IMG/VR virus record: IMGVR_UViG_3300047560_001024
Location: 1 to 57,610 of that record
Source: a virus
Lineage: Duplodnaviria; Caudoviricetes
Strand: one strand, 5' to 3'
Length of the DNA stretch: 57,610 nucleotides
The notes under the pieces were generated by a model that was not told the DNA's origin, made no database searches, and saw only the letters and a program-made list of their open reading frames with translations. A program made the position numbers and the translations under genes. Each line of letters opens with the position of its first letter. The first letter of the stretch is position 1. Of this stretch, positions 1-8,423 are shown in pieces.

Positions 1-2
1 AT

Positions 3-209
3 CTGGTTCTTGTGGAACCCGGAAAGAGCTTTGTTCGAGTTATCCAATCTATTGGACGAGGTATTAGAAAGGCAGAAGATAAGGACTTTGTACAAATCTG
101 GGATATTACGAGTTCCTGTAAATTCGCTAAACGACATTTAACACAACGCAAGACTTTCTATAAGGAAGCTAACTACCCGTTTGACATTGAAAAACTTACA
201 TATAAGTGA
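3..209 (+). CDS. uvsW: UvsW-like SF2 DNA helicase, C-terminal part (5' truncated by window)
   Basis: Motif VI-like IQSIGRGIRK followed by DITSS..KFAKRHLTQRKTFY; frame open from window start. Confidence 0.85.
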   Translation: MVLVEPGKSFVRVIQSIGRGIRKAEDKDFVQIWDITSSCKFAKRHLTQRKTFYKEANYPFDIEKLTYK

Positions 210-215
210 TAAAAT
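187..215 (+). promoter_or_regulatory. sigma70-type promoter, probably leaderless
   Basis: TTGAAA(187-192)-17 nt-TAAAAT(210-215) with extended TG; ATG 6 nt downstream at 222. Confidence 0.7.
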
Positions 216-221
216 ATAACT

Positions 222-722
222 ATGAGAATACTTACCTTAGACAATACTTTCTATAACTTAGAAACACTACCCGAAGAGGTAGATGATTTGCGCTTTGCTA
301 TACTTGACAACAGTAACACACAAAATGTAGACTATCATTATATCCCTCTTATCTTTTTAGAATCATTCAACAGTCCTGCATTAGTACTACGCATTGGTGA
401 TAGAACAATTAAGATGCCAGTTGATTGGCAGATACTTATCGGCGAACCTGAAATGGGTGACTTAGAAACATTACCGTTGACAAGTATCAACGACAGAGGG
501 TTCAAAGCATTTGAGTTTAATCCCTTGAGCGCATTCAGACCTAGCTTTCAAGACATTGAGATTGTAGATATCTATCACGATGTAACTTGGTATGCACCTA
601 GATTGAAGAACGGGCAGTTCTTATGTGTGCCCATTGATGACGGAGAGAAACCTAGATGTGTTTACTTTGTCAAAGAGATTAGTAGAAATTGTGAAATTGT
701 AGACTATCAACAGGCATTCTAA
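222..722 (+). CDS. hypothetical protein, possible inactive Hint-fold
   Basis: 166 aa beta-rich ORF; RILTLDN, LRIGDRTIKMPVDWQIL and WYAPRLKNGQFL echo Hint blocks without catalytic residues. Confidence 0.7.
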   Translation: MRILTLDNTFYNLETLPEEVDDLRFAILDNSNTQNVDYHYIPLIFLESFNSPALVLRIGDRTIKMPVDWQILIGEPEMGDLETLPLTSINDRGFKAFEFNPLSAFRPSFQDIEIVDIYHDVTWYAPRLKNGQFLCVPIDDGEKPRCVYFVKEISRNCEIVDYQQAF

Positions 723-1318
723 TGGCAACAAAGAAACCAGCAGTACCGACAGACGAAAAACTAGAGAAACAAGACTTTGAGTTATTCAAAGCACTTGATG
801 CTTTGGATCGTAAAGATTACAAGTACTTGGACAACTTAACAGAAGAACAACAAAAGAAGTTTGTCCCGTACATGATGACGCATTGGATGAGTACTATCAA
901 GGGCAACGGTGAGTTGGCAGCATATTATGTAATGAACACTGAGTATGCGGCAAATAAAAATCTTTTCAATGAACACGTACAAAAGCATCCCAAGCTACAG
1001 TGGATGATGCTGTGTGCAAGTAGCCCTGGTGTAGGTAAACAATTCCATCAATGGATACCTCACTTGTCTGCTAAGGTAGCAACGTTAAAAGAAACACCTA
1101 AATCAAAGGATGTTAAAGAGTACTACACAAAAATTTACCCTAAGACAGATGCAGATACTATTGATGCTCTAAGCGAAGCGTTCATTGAGGAACACAAAAA
1201 GAAAGTCTATTTGGCTAAGAAGTTCCCTGAACTAAAATTAACTGATATTGAAACCCTATCATTGCTAGTTACTGATGAAGAAATCAAACAATACGAGCGA
1301 GAACTCGGTAACAATTAA
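722..1318 (+). CDS. clamp loader small subunit (T4 gp62-like)
   Basis: 198 aa; FVPYMMTHWMS...AANKNLF...HPKLQW...KQFHQWI resembles the gp62 pattern; partner gp44-like at 49338. Confidence 0.55.
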   Translation: MATKKPAVPTDEKLEKQDFELFKALDALDRKDYKYLDNLTEEQQKKFVPYMMTHWMSTIKGNGELAAYYVMNTEYAANKNLFNEHVQKHPKLQWMMLCASSPGVGKQFHQWIPHLSAKVATLKETPKSKDVKEYYTKIYPKTDADTIDALSEAFIEEHKKKVYLAKKFPELKLTDIETLSLLVTDEEIKQYERELGNN

Positions 1319-2000
1319 TCCAGCAAAGTATAGCTGTGAGTTTTGTAATCGAGGGTTCTCCAGAGAAAAAACTATTGTCTCACATATTTGCGAGACAAAA
1401 TCACGCTGGCTAAACAGGGACAACAAAGGCAATAGACTAGGGTTTCAATCTTGGTTGCAGTTTTATCAAAAGAACTCAATGAGTAAGACTAAGAACAAGA
1501 CTGTTGAAGAATTCATTCGCAGTCCTTACTATACTGCTTTTGCAAAGTTTGGTTCTTATTGTGCAGATGCTAATGTTATAAACGTAAGCAGATATGTCGA
1601 TTGGCTACTAAAGAATCAGATTAAACTTGATGTTTGGAATACTGATTCTACCTATACCCGTTTCTTAATTGAGTACCTTAGGGTTGAGGATGCCTTTGAT
1701 GCGATACACCGTAGTGTAGAATATTGTATCTCCCAAAGTGAGAACGAAAGTATTCAACCCAAAGATGTGTTACGGTACGGCAACAGCAACCGAATCTGTC
1801 ATGCCATCACAACGGGCAAAATAAGTCCATGGATGTTGTATTGCAGTGACAGTGGTATCCATTTTCTAGAGACATTAAATGAAACCCAAGTTAAAATAGT
1901 ATCTGATTACATTAATCCAGAACAATGGGCATTGAAGTTTCACCGTGAACCAGAACTTAAAAAACAAATCAACGACACCCTCACATTGGCGGGGTACTAG
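1275..2000 (+). CDS. hypothetical protein with N-terminal zinc finger
   Basis: CEFC-x12-HIC motif; 241 aa. Confidence 0.75.
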   Translation: MKKSNNTSENSVTINPAKYSCEFCNRGFSREKTIVSHICETKSRWLNRDNKGNRLGFQSWLQFYQKNSMSKTKNKTVEEFIRSPYYTAFAKFGSYCADANVINVSRYVDWLLKNQIKLDVWNTDSTYTRFLIEYLRVEDAFDAIHRSVEYCISQSENESIQPKDVLRYGNSNRICHAITTGKISPWMLYCSDSGIHFLETLNETQVKIVSDYINPEQWALKFHREPELKKQINDTLTLAGY

Positions 2001-2184
2001 AGTTCGCCTTGATTGGCGTGATGGGCGTGACGATACAGAAGCATGGAATGAAATCTGTGCTTGGGCCATTGAACAATATGGAATGCCTGGTACAAAGTTT
2101 TCTTGGCATCCAATGATTGATTATATGGATTTTTATTTCTATGACGAAAAAGATGCTATTCATTTTAGCTTGAGGTGGTTATGA
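1945..2184 (+). CDS. FxLRW-family small protein
   Basis: AWAIEQYG; ends FYFYDEKDAIHFSLRWL; GTG start. Confidence 0.8.
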   Translation: MNQNLKNKSTTPSHWRGTRVRLDWRDGRDDTEAWNEICAWAIEQYGMPGTKFSWHPMIDYMDFYFYDEKDAIHFSLRWL

Positions 2185-2408
2185 ATTCATTACAACGCAG
2201 ACAACATAAACGAAAAACTGAACATACTATTGTCCTAAGAAACGAAACTGAAAAATACTATCAGTTCGACATGAAGATAGAAAAGGCTAAGAAGTTTTGT
2301 AAAAGAAAATGCAAGGGCTTTTGGATGCATGAAACTGACTGGAACAAAGTTACCTTTAGATTTCAAAAAGAAAGCGATGCAGTATATTTTGGATTGATGT
2401 GGCTATGA
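2181..2408 (+). CDS. FxLRW-family small protein
   Basis: ATGA overlap, GAGGTG SD; ends FRFQKESDAVYFGLMWL. Confidence 0.85.
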   Translation: MNSLQRRQHKRKTEHTIVLRNETEKYYQFDMKIEKAKKFCKRKCKGFWMHETDWNKVTFRFQKESDAVYFGLMWL

Positions 2409-2842
2409 ACTTAAATCACTTAACAGATAATGAACTTATTGACCACGTCATAAAGTATGACACTGATCCTATACGAGTACGACTTGCTACTCACATGCAA
2501 CGAGTGCATGGTGCAATCATCGATGATTTGGTATTTGCCGGCATGGATGATGTGTGGTGTACTTTTAATAGTGTTGTCAATGGTGGAGAATATCATTCAG
2601 GCGATTACATCAGACACCTTGAAAATGAGATTGAGTACCTGCAGAACGAAGTAAGTCAGAATCTCAGAGAGATTGAAAACTTAAAAGCACGAACTATCAT
2701 GGATTTGATTGGTGAACTCAAACAAGAGATTAAGACAGCAGAGTGGTGCAGGGACGAAGCAATCAGAGAACGAAACCATGCTAAAGAGCATGAAAGTATT
2801 ATGAAAAATAAACTTGACATGTGGGCAATATTGAACCGATGA
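2405..2842 (+). CDS. hypothetical coiled-coil protein (non-family insert in array)
   Basis: ATGA overlaps at both ends; heptad-like C-terminal half. Confidence 0.75.
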   Translation: MNLNHLTDNELIDHVIKYDTDPIRVRLATHMQRVHGAIIDDLVFAGMDDVWCTFNSVVNGGEYHSGDYIRHLENEIEYLQNEVSQNLREIENLKARTIMDLIGELKQEIKTAEWCRDEAIRERNHAKEHESIMKNKLDMWAILNR

Positions 2843-3060
2843 GTTACGCTGATAGTTTAATTCAAAAGTGGTATGAAGAAAAAGAGATAAATGAAACATA
2901 CTGGCCCTATCAACATCAAATTAAAGACTGGAAACATATCTATACTGTTGAAAGATTTTGCTATGATAATTTTAAGAGTAAGAACTGGCGCAACCGCGGT
3001 CGTACATTTGCATTCAAGCGCAAACAAGATTATGAATGGTTCTTGTTGAGGTGGCAATGA
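2839..3060 (+). CDS. FxLRW-family small protein
   Basis: ends FAFKRKQDYEWFLLRWQ. Confidence 0.85.
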   Translation: MSYADSLIQKWYEEKEINETYWPYQHQIKDWKHIYTVERFCYDNFKSKNWRNRGRTFAFKRKQDYEWFLLRWQ

Positions 3061-3305
3061 TAGACTTAGACCTTGTAAAAACGATAGTAGCTAGGCAGGG
3101 ACAGAATGAGTTTCTGAAAAACCCTATCGTATTACCACCCGAAGCAAAAGTTGTAACTGGTAAAATCAAAGAAGATGCTTACTTGCATTTTCTAGAAACT
3201 AAATGCGGTGTAGAGGTACTGTTGTCAGATTATCATAACGAAATAATTGGGTACAATGTTATTGATGAAAAGAAGTTTTCTTGGTTCGTATTGAGGTGGA
3301 GTTGA
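3057..3305 (+). CDS. FxLRW-family small protein (IDExK subtype)
   Basis: HFLETKCG; ends YNVIDEKKFSWFVLRWS. Confidence 0.85.
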   Translation: MIDLDLVKTIVARQGQNEFLKNPIVLPPEAKVVTGKIKEDAYLHFLETKCGVEVLLSDYHNEIIGYNVIDEKKFSWFVLRWS

Positions 3306-3583
3306 TGGAATATTTTTACGGTGGCGGCGGAAACAATCGCCCAGTTTTTATATACAGATTCAAAGTGAAAAGTTGTACTCCTACAATGTACAGCTGGGCT
3401 GAAGCCTACCCAGAGAAGGGACCCTTCAGTCGTTTTCATATTGAGTGGCAAAGTGTTTACAGTAAGATGGATAGCCCTAGAGAATATGATGTAATACAGT
3501 TTGAGCATAGTGATGCCGCTAAAGTATTCAGAATCGCATTTGCAGGTGAGTATGAAGATATATCTATGGACGGATATAGATGA
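3305..3583 (+). CDS. divergent FxLRW-family-like protein
   Basis: TGATG overlap; IQFEHSDAAKVFRIAF plus short extension. Confidence 0.7.
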   Translation: MEYFYGGGGNNRPVFIYRFKVKSCTPTMYSWAEAYPEKGPFSRFHIEWQSVYSKMDSPREYDVIQFEHSDAAKVFRIAFAGEYEDISMDGYR

Positions 3584-3894
3584 AAATAGTATGGGGCAGA
3601 AGCATAAACTTCAACATAGAGCTACACAAGGCACGTATGAGTTACAACGGCGCAAACAAATTTAATCCTAGTCCAGGAAAGCAGTACATGGAATACACAA
3701 TCATAACCGATGGTGCAGACTGCTACCCTTGGCACGAATACTTTGCTATCTTGCCACGCAAGACAATTAGTGGTACTCGCATCTTCTGGGAGAAAGCATA
3801 CAAGCGTAAAGTATGGGTAGTGTGGGGCACAGGCTTTCATATGGAACCTGAAACTCAATACGCAACAGCATTTGACTTATTGACGCACGAATGA
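3580..3894 (+). CDS. hypothetical protein (non-family insert)
   Basis: ATGA overlaps both ends; WHEYFAILPRKTISG..IFWEKAYKRK. Confidence 0.75.
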   Translation: MKIVWGRSINFNIELHKARMSYNGANKFNPSPGKQYMEYTIITDGADCYPWHEYFAILPRKTISGTRIFWEKAYKRKVWVVWGTGFHMEPETQYATAFDLLTHE

Positions 3895-4166
3895 AAACTA
3901 GAAACGAATTCACCCGAGTAGAGCACTTCTCTAAATCTAAAACATGGGTTCATTGGAAAAACATGAAAAAGATGAAAGAGATTTATGAGAAACAGTATAC
4001 TGGTTACTATGAGCCAACCACTACCGGCAAGGGCGATAGCTTTGATAAGTGGATTGAAAAGGAATGTGGTATAAAAATATTGTTTGATCCTTACGGCAAC
4101 GTACTAATGGACTTTGATATTATCGATGAAGGTAAGTACATGATGTATGTACTTAAGTACCTATGA
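3891..4166 (+). CDS. FxLRW-family small protein (IDExK subtype)
   Basis: KWIEKECG; ends FDIIDEGKYMMYVLKYL. Confidence 0.8.
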   Translation: MKTRNEFTRVEHFSKSKTWVHWKNMKKMKEIYEKQYTGYYEPTTTGKGDSFDKWIEKECGIKILFDPYGNVLMDFDIIDEGKYMMYVLKYL

Positions 4167-5344
4167 AGATACTTGTGTTAGGTAGAATACCCTCAGCACA
4201 TTTTATGTCTATGCTATTAGCTAAGTCTAATACTGTATATCATTATGGGGCAAACATATCGTATCAGGTTACAGACAACTACATCCCTATTCCTACTAAA
4301 GAAACATATGGCTACTTGATTGGATGTATTGATAAGATAGATTTCGATTTGATTGTCCCTATGCAAATTGAATATCAAATGTCGCATGAATTACGTGAAG
4401 CAATTGATAAGAAGAACATACCCTGCTTCATGCCGTCATACGAGAATACTATGCTTGAGTGGGATAGAGTTAAAACTAAAACAATGTTAGATGAACTTAA
4501 CATACCCACACCTAAGTATTCTGTTATGAATAAGGATGAGTTGTTAAGTAAGTTTACAACTTTGCCTCGCCCCTTTGTATTAAAATGTAACATGTTCTGG
4601 AATGAGGGTGCTCAAACAGTGATTGTCACTGACGATAACTACCAAGCTGAATTAGTTAAGTGCAAAGATAATAATGATGTTGATACCTACGTGATAGATG
4701 AATATATCACTGGGAACGAAATATCATACCATGCTGTATGTAATGGTTCTGAATTCGTCTATATCGGTTCTGCACGAGACTACAAGAAGTTCGAAAACGG
4801 AGATAAAGGATTCAACACAGAAGGAATAGGGTCGTATAGTAACAGTGACCGTTTCTATATCGTTGACCAGTATGCACAAAAAATTGTAGATTACTTGTCA
4901 CAGAAGGGCACGCCTTATGTTGGTATACTTTATCTAGGTATAATTATTGATAAAGACAACGTTCCGTTTGTTCTTGAAATTAATACAAGATTTGGGTGCC
5001 CAGAATCATTGGCTATTCTTTCTACCATAATTACTGATATGTCAACTGTGATGTACAATGCCGCAATTGGTAAAAAGATTCCAGAAATCACGTTCACCGA
5101 TAGTAAAGCAGTTACAGTAATGGTTGTGCCCAAAGATTATCAATATGACCCTGATGCTAATAAACCAATCTTTAATGACATACCGGTAGATATAGTGTAT
5201 AATAGACCCGGATACAGTAGTTGTCACGCATTTACCGTAACTGGTAGCACAGTAGATGAGGCTAGTAAGAAGCTATATTCTTACTTAGATTCGCAGTCTA
5301 TGGGTGACTATGTATATCGCACTGATATAGGTTTTATGAAATGA
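4163..5344 (+). CDS. divergent PurD-like (phosphoribosylamine-glycine ligase family) ATP-grasp protein
   Basis: MKILVLG start; ARDYKKFENGDKGFNTEGIGSYS; PYVGILYLG; LEINTRFGCPE; terminal YRTDIG. Confidence 0.85.
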   Translation: MKILVLGRIPSAHFMSMLLAKSNTVYHYGANISYQVTDNYIPIPTKETYGYLIGCIDKIDFDLIVPMQIEYQMSHELREAIDKKNIPCFMPSYENTMLEWDRVKTKTMLDELNIPTPKYSVMNKDELLSKFTTLPRPFVLKCNMFWNEGAQTVIVTDDNYQAELVKCKDNNDVDTYVIDEYITGNEISYHAVCNGSEFVYIGSARDYKKFENGDKGFNTEGIGSYSNSDRFYIVDQYAQKIVDYLSQKGTPYVGILYLGIIIDKDNVPFVLEINTRFGCPESLAILSTIITDMSTVMYNAAIGKKIPEITFTDSKAVTVMVVPKDYQYDPDANKPIFNDIPVDIVYNRPGYSSCHAFTVTGSTVDEASKKLYSYLDSQSMGDYVYRTDIGFMK

Positions 5345-5784
5345 AATTACGTCTTAAAGCACGTTGGCGACAATATCTTGCTCACCGCAAGTTAGCAAAG
5401 AGTGGCTATCTTTCTTGGCGTGCGTATCGTCATAACCGTGACCCTGATATTGTGCGTTACGCTGACAAAGTAAGTGACTTCTACAAAAACTACAAATATG
5501 TGTACATGTGTGAGCATGGCACAGCACATTATGCTTACAGCGTAGTACATGATTGTGGTCCAGGTGGATTAGTATTCGGTTATGAAGAAATGCGTGATTG
5601 GTGTGAAAGTAAATGTAGATTCAAGTATCGTGTAGACATTCATAGAGGGTTGAAACAAACTGGTCTAGGTATTAACGGTGAAGAATATCCTGAATGGTAC
5701 TTTAACGATATCGGTGGAAGAGACATTGTATTCTTTGCTTTCATGGATGAGCAAGATTACTTGATGTTTAGGTTGAGGTGGTGA
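5341..5784 (+). CDS. FxLRW-family protein, long form
   Basis: EMRDWCESKC; ends FFAFMDEQDYLMFRLRW. Confidence 0.85.
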   Translation: MKLRLKARWRQYLAHRKLAKSGYLSWRAYRHNRDPDIVRYADKVSDFYKNYKYVYMCEHGTAHYAYSVVHDCGPGGLVFGYEEMRDWCESKCRFKYRVDIHRGLKQTGLGINGEEYPEWYFNDIGGRDIVFFAFMDEQDYLMFRLRW

Positions 5785-6170
5785 TGACACAATATTACGA
5801 TCCTAAAATAGCCGTTAATGTAACAGCAACGGCTCAGAAAATACTCATGCCTATGATTAGGAATTTGTATCCACAAATGTTAGCCCAATCTATTCTAGGT
5901 GTACAACCTATGACAGGATCAGTGGGCGAGATTTTTACCATGCGAGCCAGCTACAAACCACAATCAAAATACAAATTCAGTCGTGCTAAATGGTACTACG
6001 CAGACCATCGCTATGAAGATTATGATGCTATCATAGCATGGTGTACTGAACAGTTTGGACCGCGCCCTAAACACCCTGATGCATGGACACGATGGGTTGA
6101 TGAACACATTGACCGTATTAAATTCCGTGACGAAAAAGATTATGCTTGGTTTATGTTGAGGTGGGGATGA
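5784..6170 (+). CDS. FxLRW-family protein fused to a major-capsid-protein (Gol-region) fragment
   Basis: ILMPMIRNLYPQMLAQSILGVQPMTGSVGEIFTMRASY then AWCTEQFG...IKFRDEKDYAWFMLRWG. Confidence 0.85.
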   Translation: MTQYYDPKIAVNVTATAQKILMPMIRNLYPQMLAQSILGVQPMTGSVGEIFTMRASYKPQSKYKFSRAKWYYADHRYEDYDAIIAWCTEQFGPRPKHPDAWTRWVDEHIDRIKFRDEKDYAWFMLRWG

Positions 6171-6430
6171 TGCAAGAACCTTATTTTGTTAGAGAAAGAT
6201 TCATCGTTCCTGTAGGCAGACTGTGGGCAGAACCTTGGCCTAAGTATTTTGACAACTTTTGGAACACTTGTTCTGTTACTGCTAGATTGAATGGTTGGGC
6301 TCCTATTACTGTTGCTAACTATGAACTTAAACCATTAGGTGGTAAACTGATTCAAACTAAAACACAAGGCTGGTACTTACGTTGGGATGATGAAAAGCAT
6401 CACGCATTTTTTGTATTGAAATGGTCATGA
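6167..6430 (+). CDS. FxLRW-family small protein
   Basis: ends YLRWDDEKHHAFFVLKWS. Confidence 0.8.
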   Translation: MMQEPYFVRERFIVPVGRLWAEPWPKYFDNFWNTCSVTARLNGWAPITVANYELKPLGGKLIQTKTQGWYLRWDDEKHHAFFVLKWS

Positions 6431-6663
6431 AAATTGAAATTAAATACGTGCCAGGCAAAAGACCATATCATATTGACGTTCAATGGCGCACAACTAATGA
6501 TTGGAGCTCGTCTCAGGCGTATACATGGTGCATGAAAACATTCGGTCATAGAAACGAGAAGTATGACAACCCTCGTTGGTATGCTAACACTAGATACTTT
6601 ACAGGTGACTTTAAGTTTCGTGACAAAAAAGATGCTGAATGGTTCTTGTTGAGGTGGGGATGA
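6427..6663 (+). CDS. FxLRW-family small protein
   Basis: TWCMKTFG...PRWY...FKFRDKKDAEWFLLRWG. Confidence 0.85.
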   Translation: MKIEIKYVPGKRPYHIDVQWRTTNDWSSSQAYTWCMKTFGHRNEKYDNPRWYANTRYFTGDFKFRDKKDAEWFLLRWG

Positions 6664-6845
6664 ATAGAAAACAAGCGAAATTCAGAGTTCCGTTTAAACG
6701 CACTAACAACTGGTGGGGCGGTGACTGGGCCGACATATCTAATTGGTGTCGCACCAATAATATAGGTCGTTGGGATTACATGAATGAAGAATTTTGGTTT
6801 ACGGAAGAACAAGATTATGTATGGTTTAAGTTGAGGTGGTTATGA
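6660..6845 (+). CDS. FxLRW-family small protein
   Basis: NWCRTNNIGRW...FWFTEEQDYVWFKLRWL. Confidence 0.85.
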   Translation: MNRKQAKFRVPFKRTNNWWGGDWADISNWCRTNNIGRWDYMNEEFWFTEEQDYVWFKLRWL

Positions 6846-7039
6846 AGCAATATGGAATAGCTATTGAGAGTTGGCCTGCTACACGTAAAGTAGATGTTAA
6901 ATGGTGGCTGCTTGAAAACTTTGGACCTGAAGACTCTCCTACACAAAAGGGGCGTTGGGGCTGTGCGTATGACTATGGTTTAGACAATATCTATATGAAT
7001 GAAGATGTTTTTATAATGTATCAATTGAGGTGGAGTTAA
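6842..7039 (+). CDS. FxLRW-family small protein
   Basis: WWLLENFG...GRW...IYMNEDVFIMYQLRWS. Confidence 0.8.
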   Translation: MKQYGIAIESWPATRKVDVKWWLLENFGPEDSPTQKGRWGCAYDYGLDNIYMNEDVFIMYQLRWS

Positions 7040-7242
7040 TGGAACATCAACGATACGGACAATATACTAGTAACTGGACTAATGTTATTGTAGACCCAGC
7101 ATGGCGCGAACCAATCAAAGGTGAACATATTGCTTGGCTAAAAGCACACGAAGGTGGGTACTATCATCTTCATCGTAATGCCACTGCTGTTAAGTTTGAG
7201 CGCAAAGAAGATGCTGAATGGTTTATACTGAGGTGGCTATGA
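7039..7242 (+). CDS. FxLRW-family small protein
   Basis: TAATG overlap; ends VKFERKEDAEWFILRWL. Confidence 0.85.
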   Translation: MEHQRYGQYTSNWTNVIVDPAWREPIKGEHIAWLKAHEGGYYHLHRNATAVKFERKEDAEWFILRWL

Positions 7243-7556
7243 TTACAAGTATTTGGTATCACATAGAAGATAATAGACCCACTAAAACAGGTTATTACCT
7301 TGCTTATAAGAAGCCGTCTCTGGGAGACGATAGTGAAGGGTACGGTGTATATTACTGGGATAATGAGTATACCGATTGGAGGGAGTCGGCGGCCCCTCAT
7401 TCTTATGGTATGAGAGTTACTCTTTGGTCAGAACTACCGGCACATGATCCATATGATTCTACTACACATGCACCCACTATCGCAGAAGTTGATGCTTGGA
7501 ATAATGTCGTAGATGCTATTGACAAATTTAATATGATAAAAGAATTGGGTAGATAA
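7239..7556 (+). CDS. hypothetical protein, DUF551-like pattern (non-family insert)
   Basis: WYHIEDNRP..TGYYL...VTLWSELP resembles WI.V..RLP...VTHW.PLP. Confidence 0.7.
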   Translation: MITSIWYHIEDNRPTKTGYYLAYKKPSLGDDSEGYGVYYWDNEYTDWRESAAPHSYGMRVTLWSELPAHDPYDSTTHAPTIAEVDAWNNVVDAIDKFNMIKELGR

Positions 7557-7903
7557 TGCTAGAAACGATAAACAGACTGTTAAAGCTATTCGGTGGCAAG
7601 GTTCAAGAACAAGCAACCGAAAAGTTTACTAAACCCGGTGACCCATTTAGCCCATTCAAAATAGAAAACGGGATGGTTGGGTTCAAGCCTTACCTAATCG
7701 TTGAGAATCAAAATGAAACCGTGTTATACTCTAATCATAATTGCATAGCGATTGATGTTAGCCCGAATGTTGAACAATGGATACTTACTCAACCTCCCCA
7801 CATGTGGAAGTATGCAGAAGAAACAGATGGTTGTCATTATGCTATGACACGAATTTTAGTGAATGAAGAATTATTAACCTGGATGACATTAAGATGGCTG
7901 TAA
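7556..7903 (+). CDS. FxLRW-family protein
   Basis: VEQWILTQP..MW; ends ILVNEELLTWMTLRWL. Confidence 0.8.
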   Translation: MLETINRLLKLFGGKVQEQATEKFTKPGDPFSPFKIENGMVGFKPYLIVENQNETVLYSNHNCIAIDVSPNVEQWILTQPPHMWKYAEETDGCHYAMTRILVNEELLTWMTLRWL

Positions 7904-8169
7904 AAACTGTTGAAGATAATTTGATGGAAGATATGATGGATGAAGTTGGCAGACAAATTGCCAAAGAGATAGACGAAGGAATCATGTCAACTATGCTAGT
8001 TCAAACTGGCTGGACACCTGTTCAATTTTATTTTAAGAATGGAGAACAAGCAGTTGATATTCAATTCTGGCTGAACGACACTTGTAAGGGTAAGTATCGT
8101 AGATTAGGTAGTGAATACTTGTTTGAACACAAACAAGAAGCAGAGTGGTTTATACTACGATGGGCATGA
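7894..8169 (+). CDS. FxLRW-family protein with acidic N-terminal helix
   Basis: EDMMDEVGRQIAKEIDEGIM; ends YLFEHKQEAEWFILRWA. Confidence 0.8.
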   Translation: MAVKTVEDNLMEDMMDEVGRQIAKEIDEGIMSTMLVQTGWTPVQFYFKNGEQAVDIQFWLNDTCKGKYRRLGSEYLFEHKQEAEWFILRWA

Positions 8170-8423
8170 ATATAAGTGAAGGTCGTGTATACGGGTCACG
8201 CTACTATACCGTCGAACCTGAAATCTCTTGGGATCCTACTAATGATTGGGGTAGTATAGACAAGTGGGCAAGAATGGAAAAATGGTGTATCGATACATAC
8301 GGTTCGACTGGAGAGATATGGGGTGACGACCCTGCCATCTTACATCGTTGGTATATGAATGGTGCTAAATTTTGGTTTAGAGAGAAAAAAGATTTAGAAT
8401 GGTTTATGTTAAGATGGCAATGA
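8166..8423 (+). CDS. FxLRW-family small protein
   Basis: KWCIDTYG...HRWY...FWFREKKDLEWFMLRWQ. Confidence 0.85.
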   Translation: MNISEGRVYGSRYYTVEPEISWDPTNDWGSIDKWARMEKWCIDTYGSTGEIWGDDPAILHRWYMNGAKFWFREKKDLEWFMLRWQ

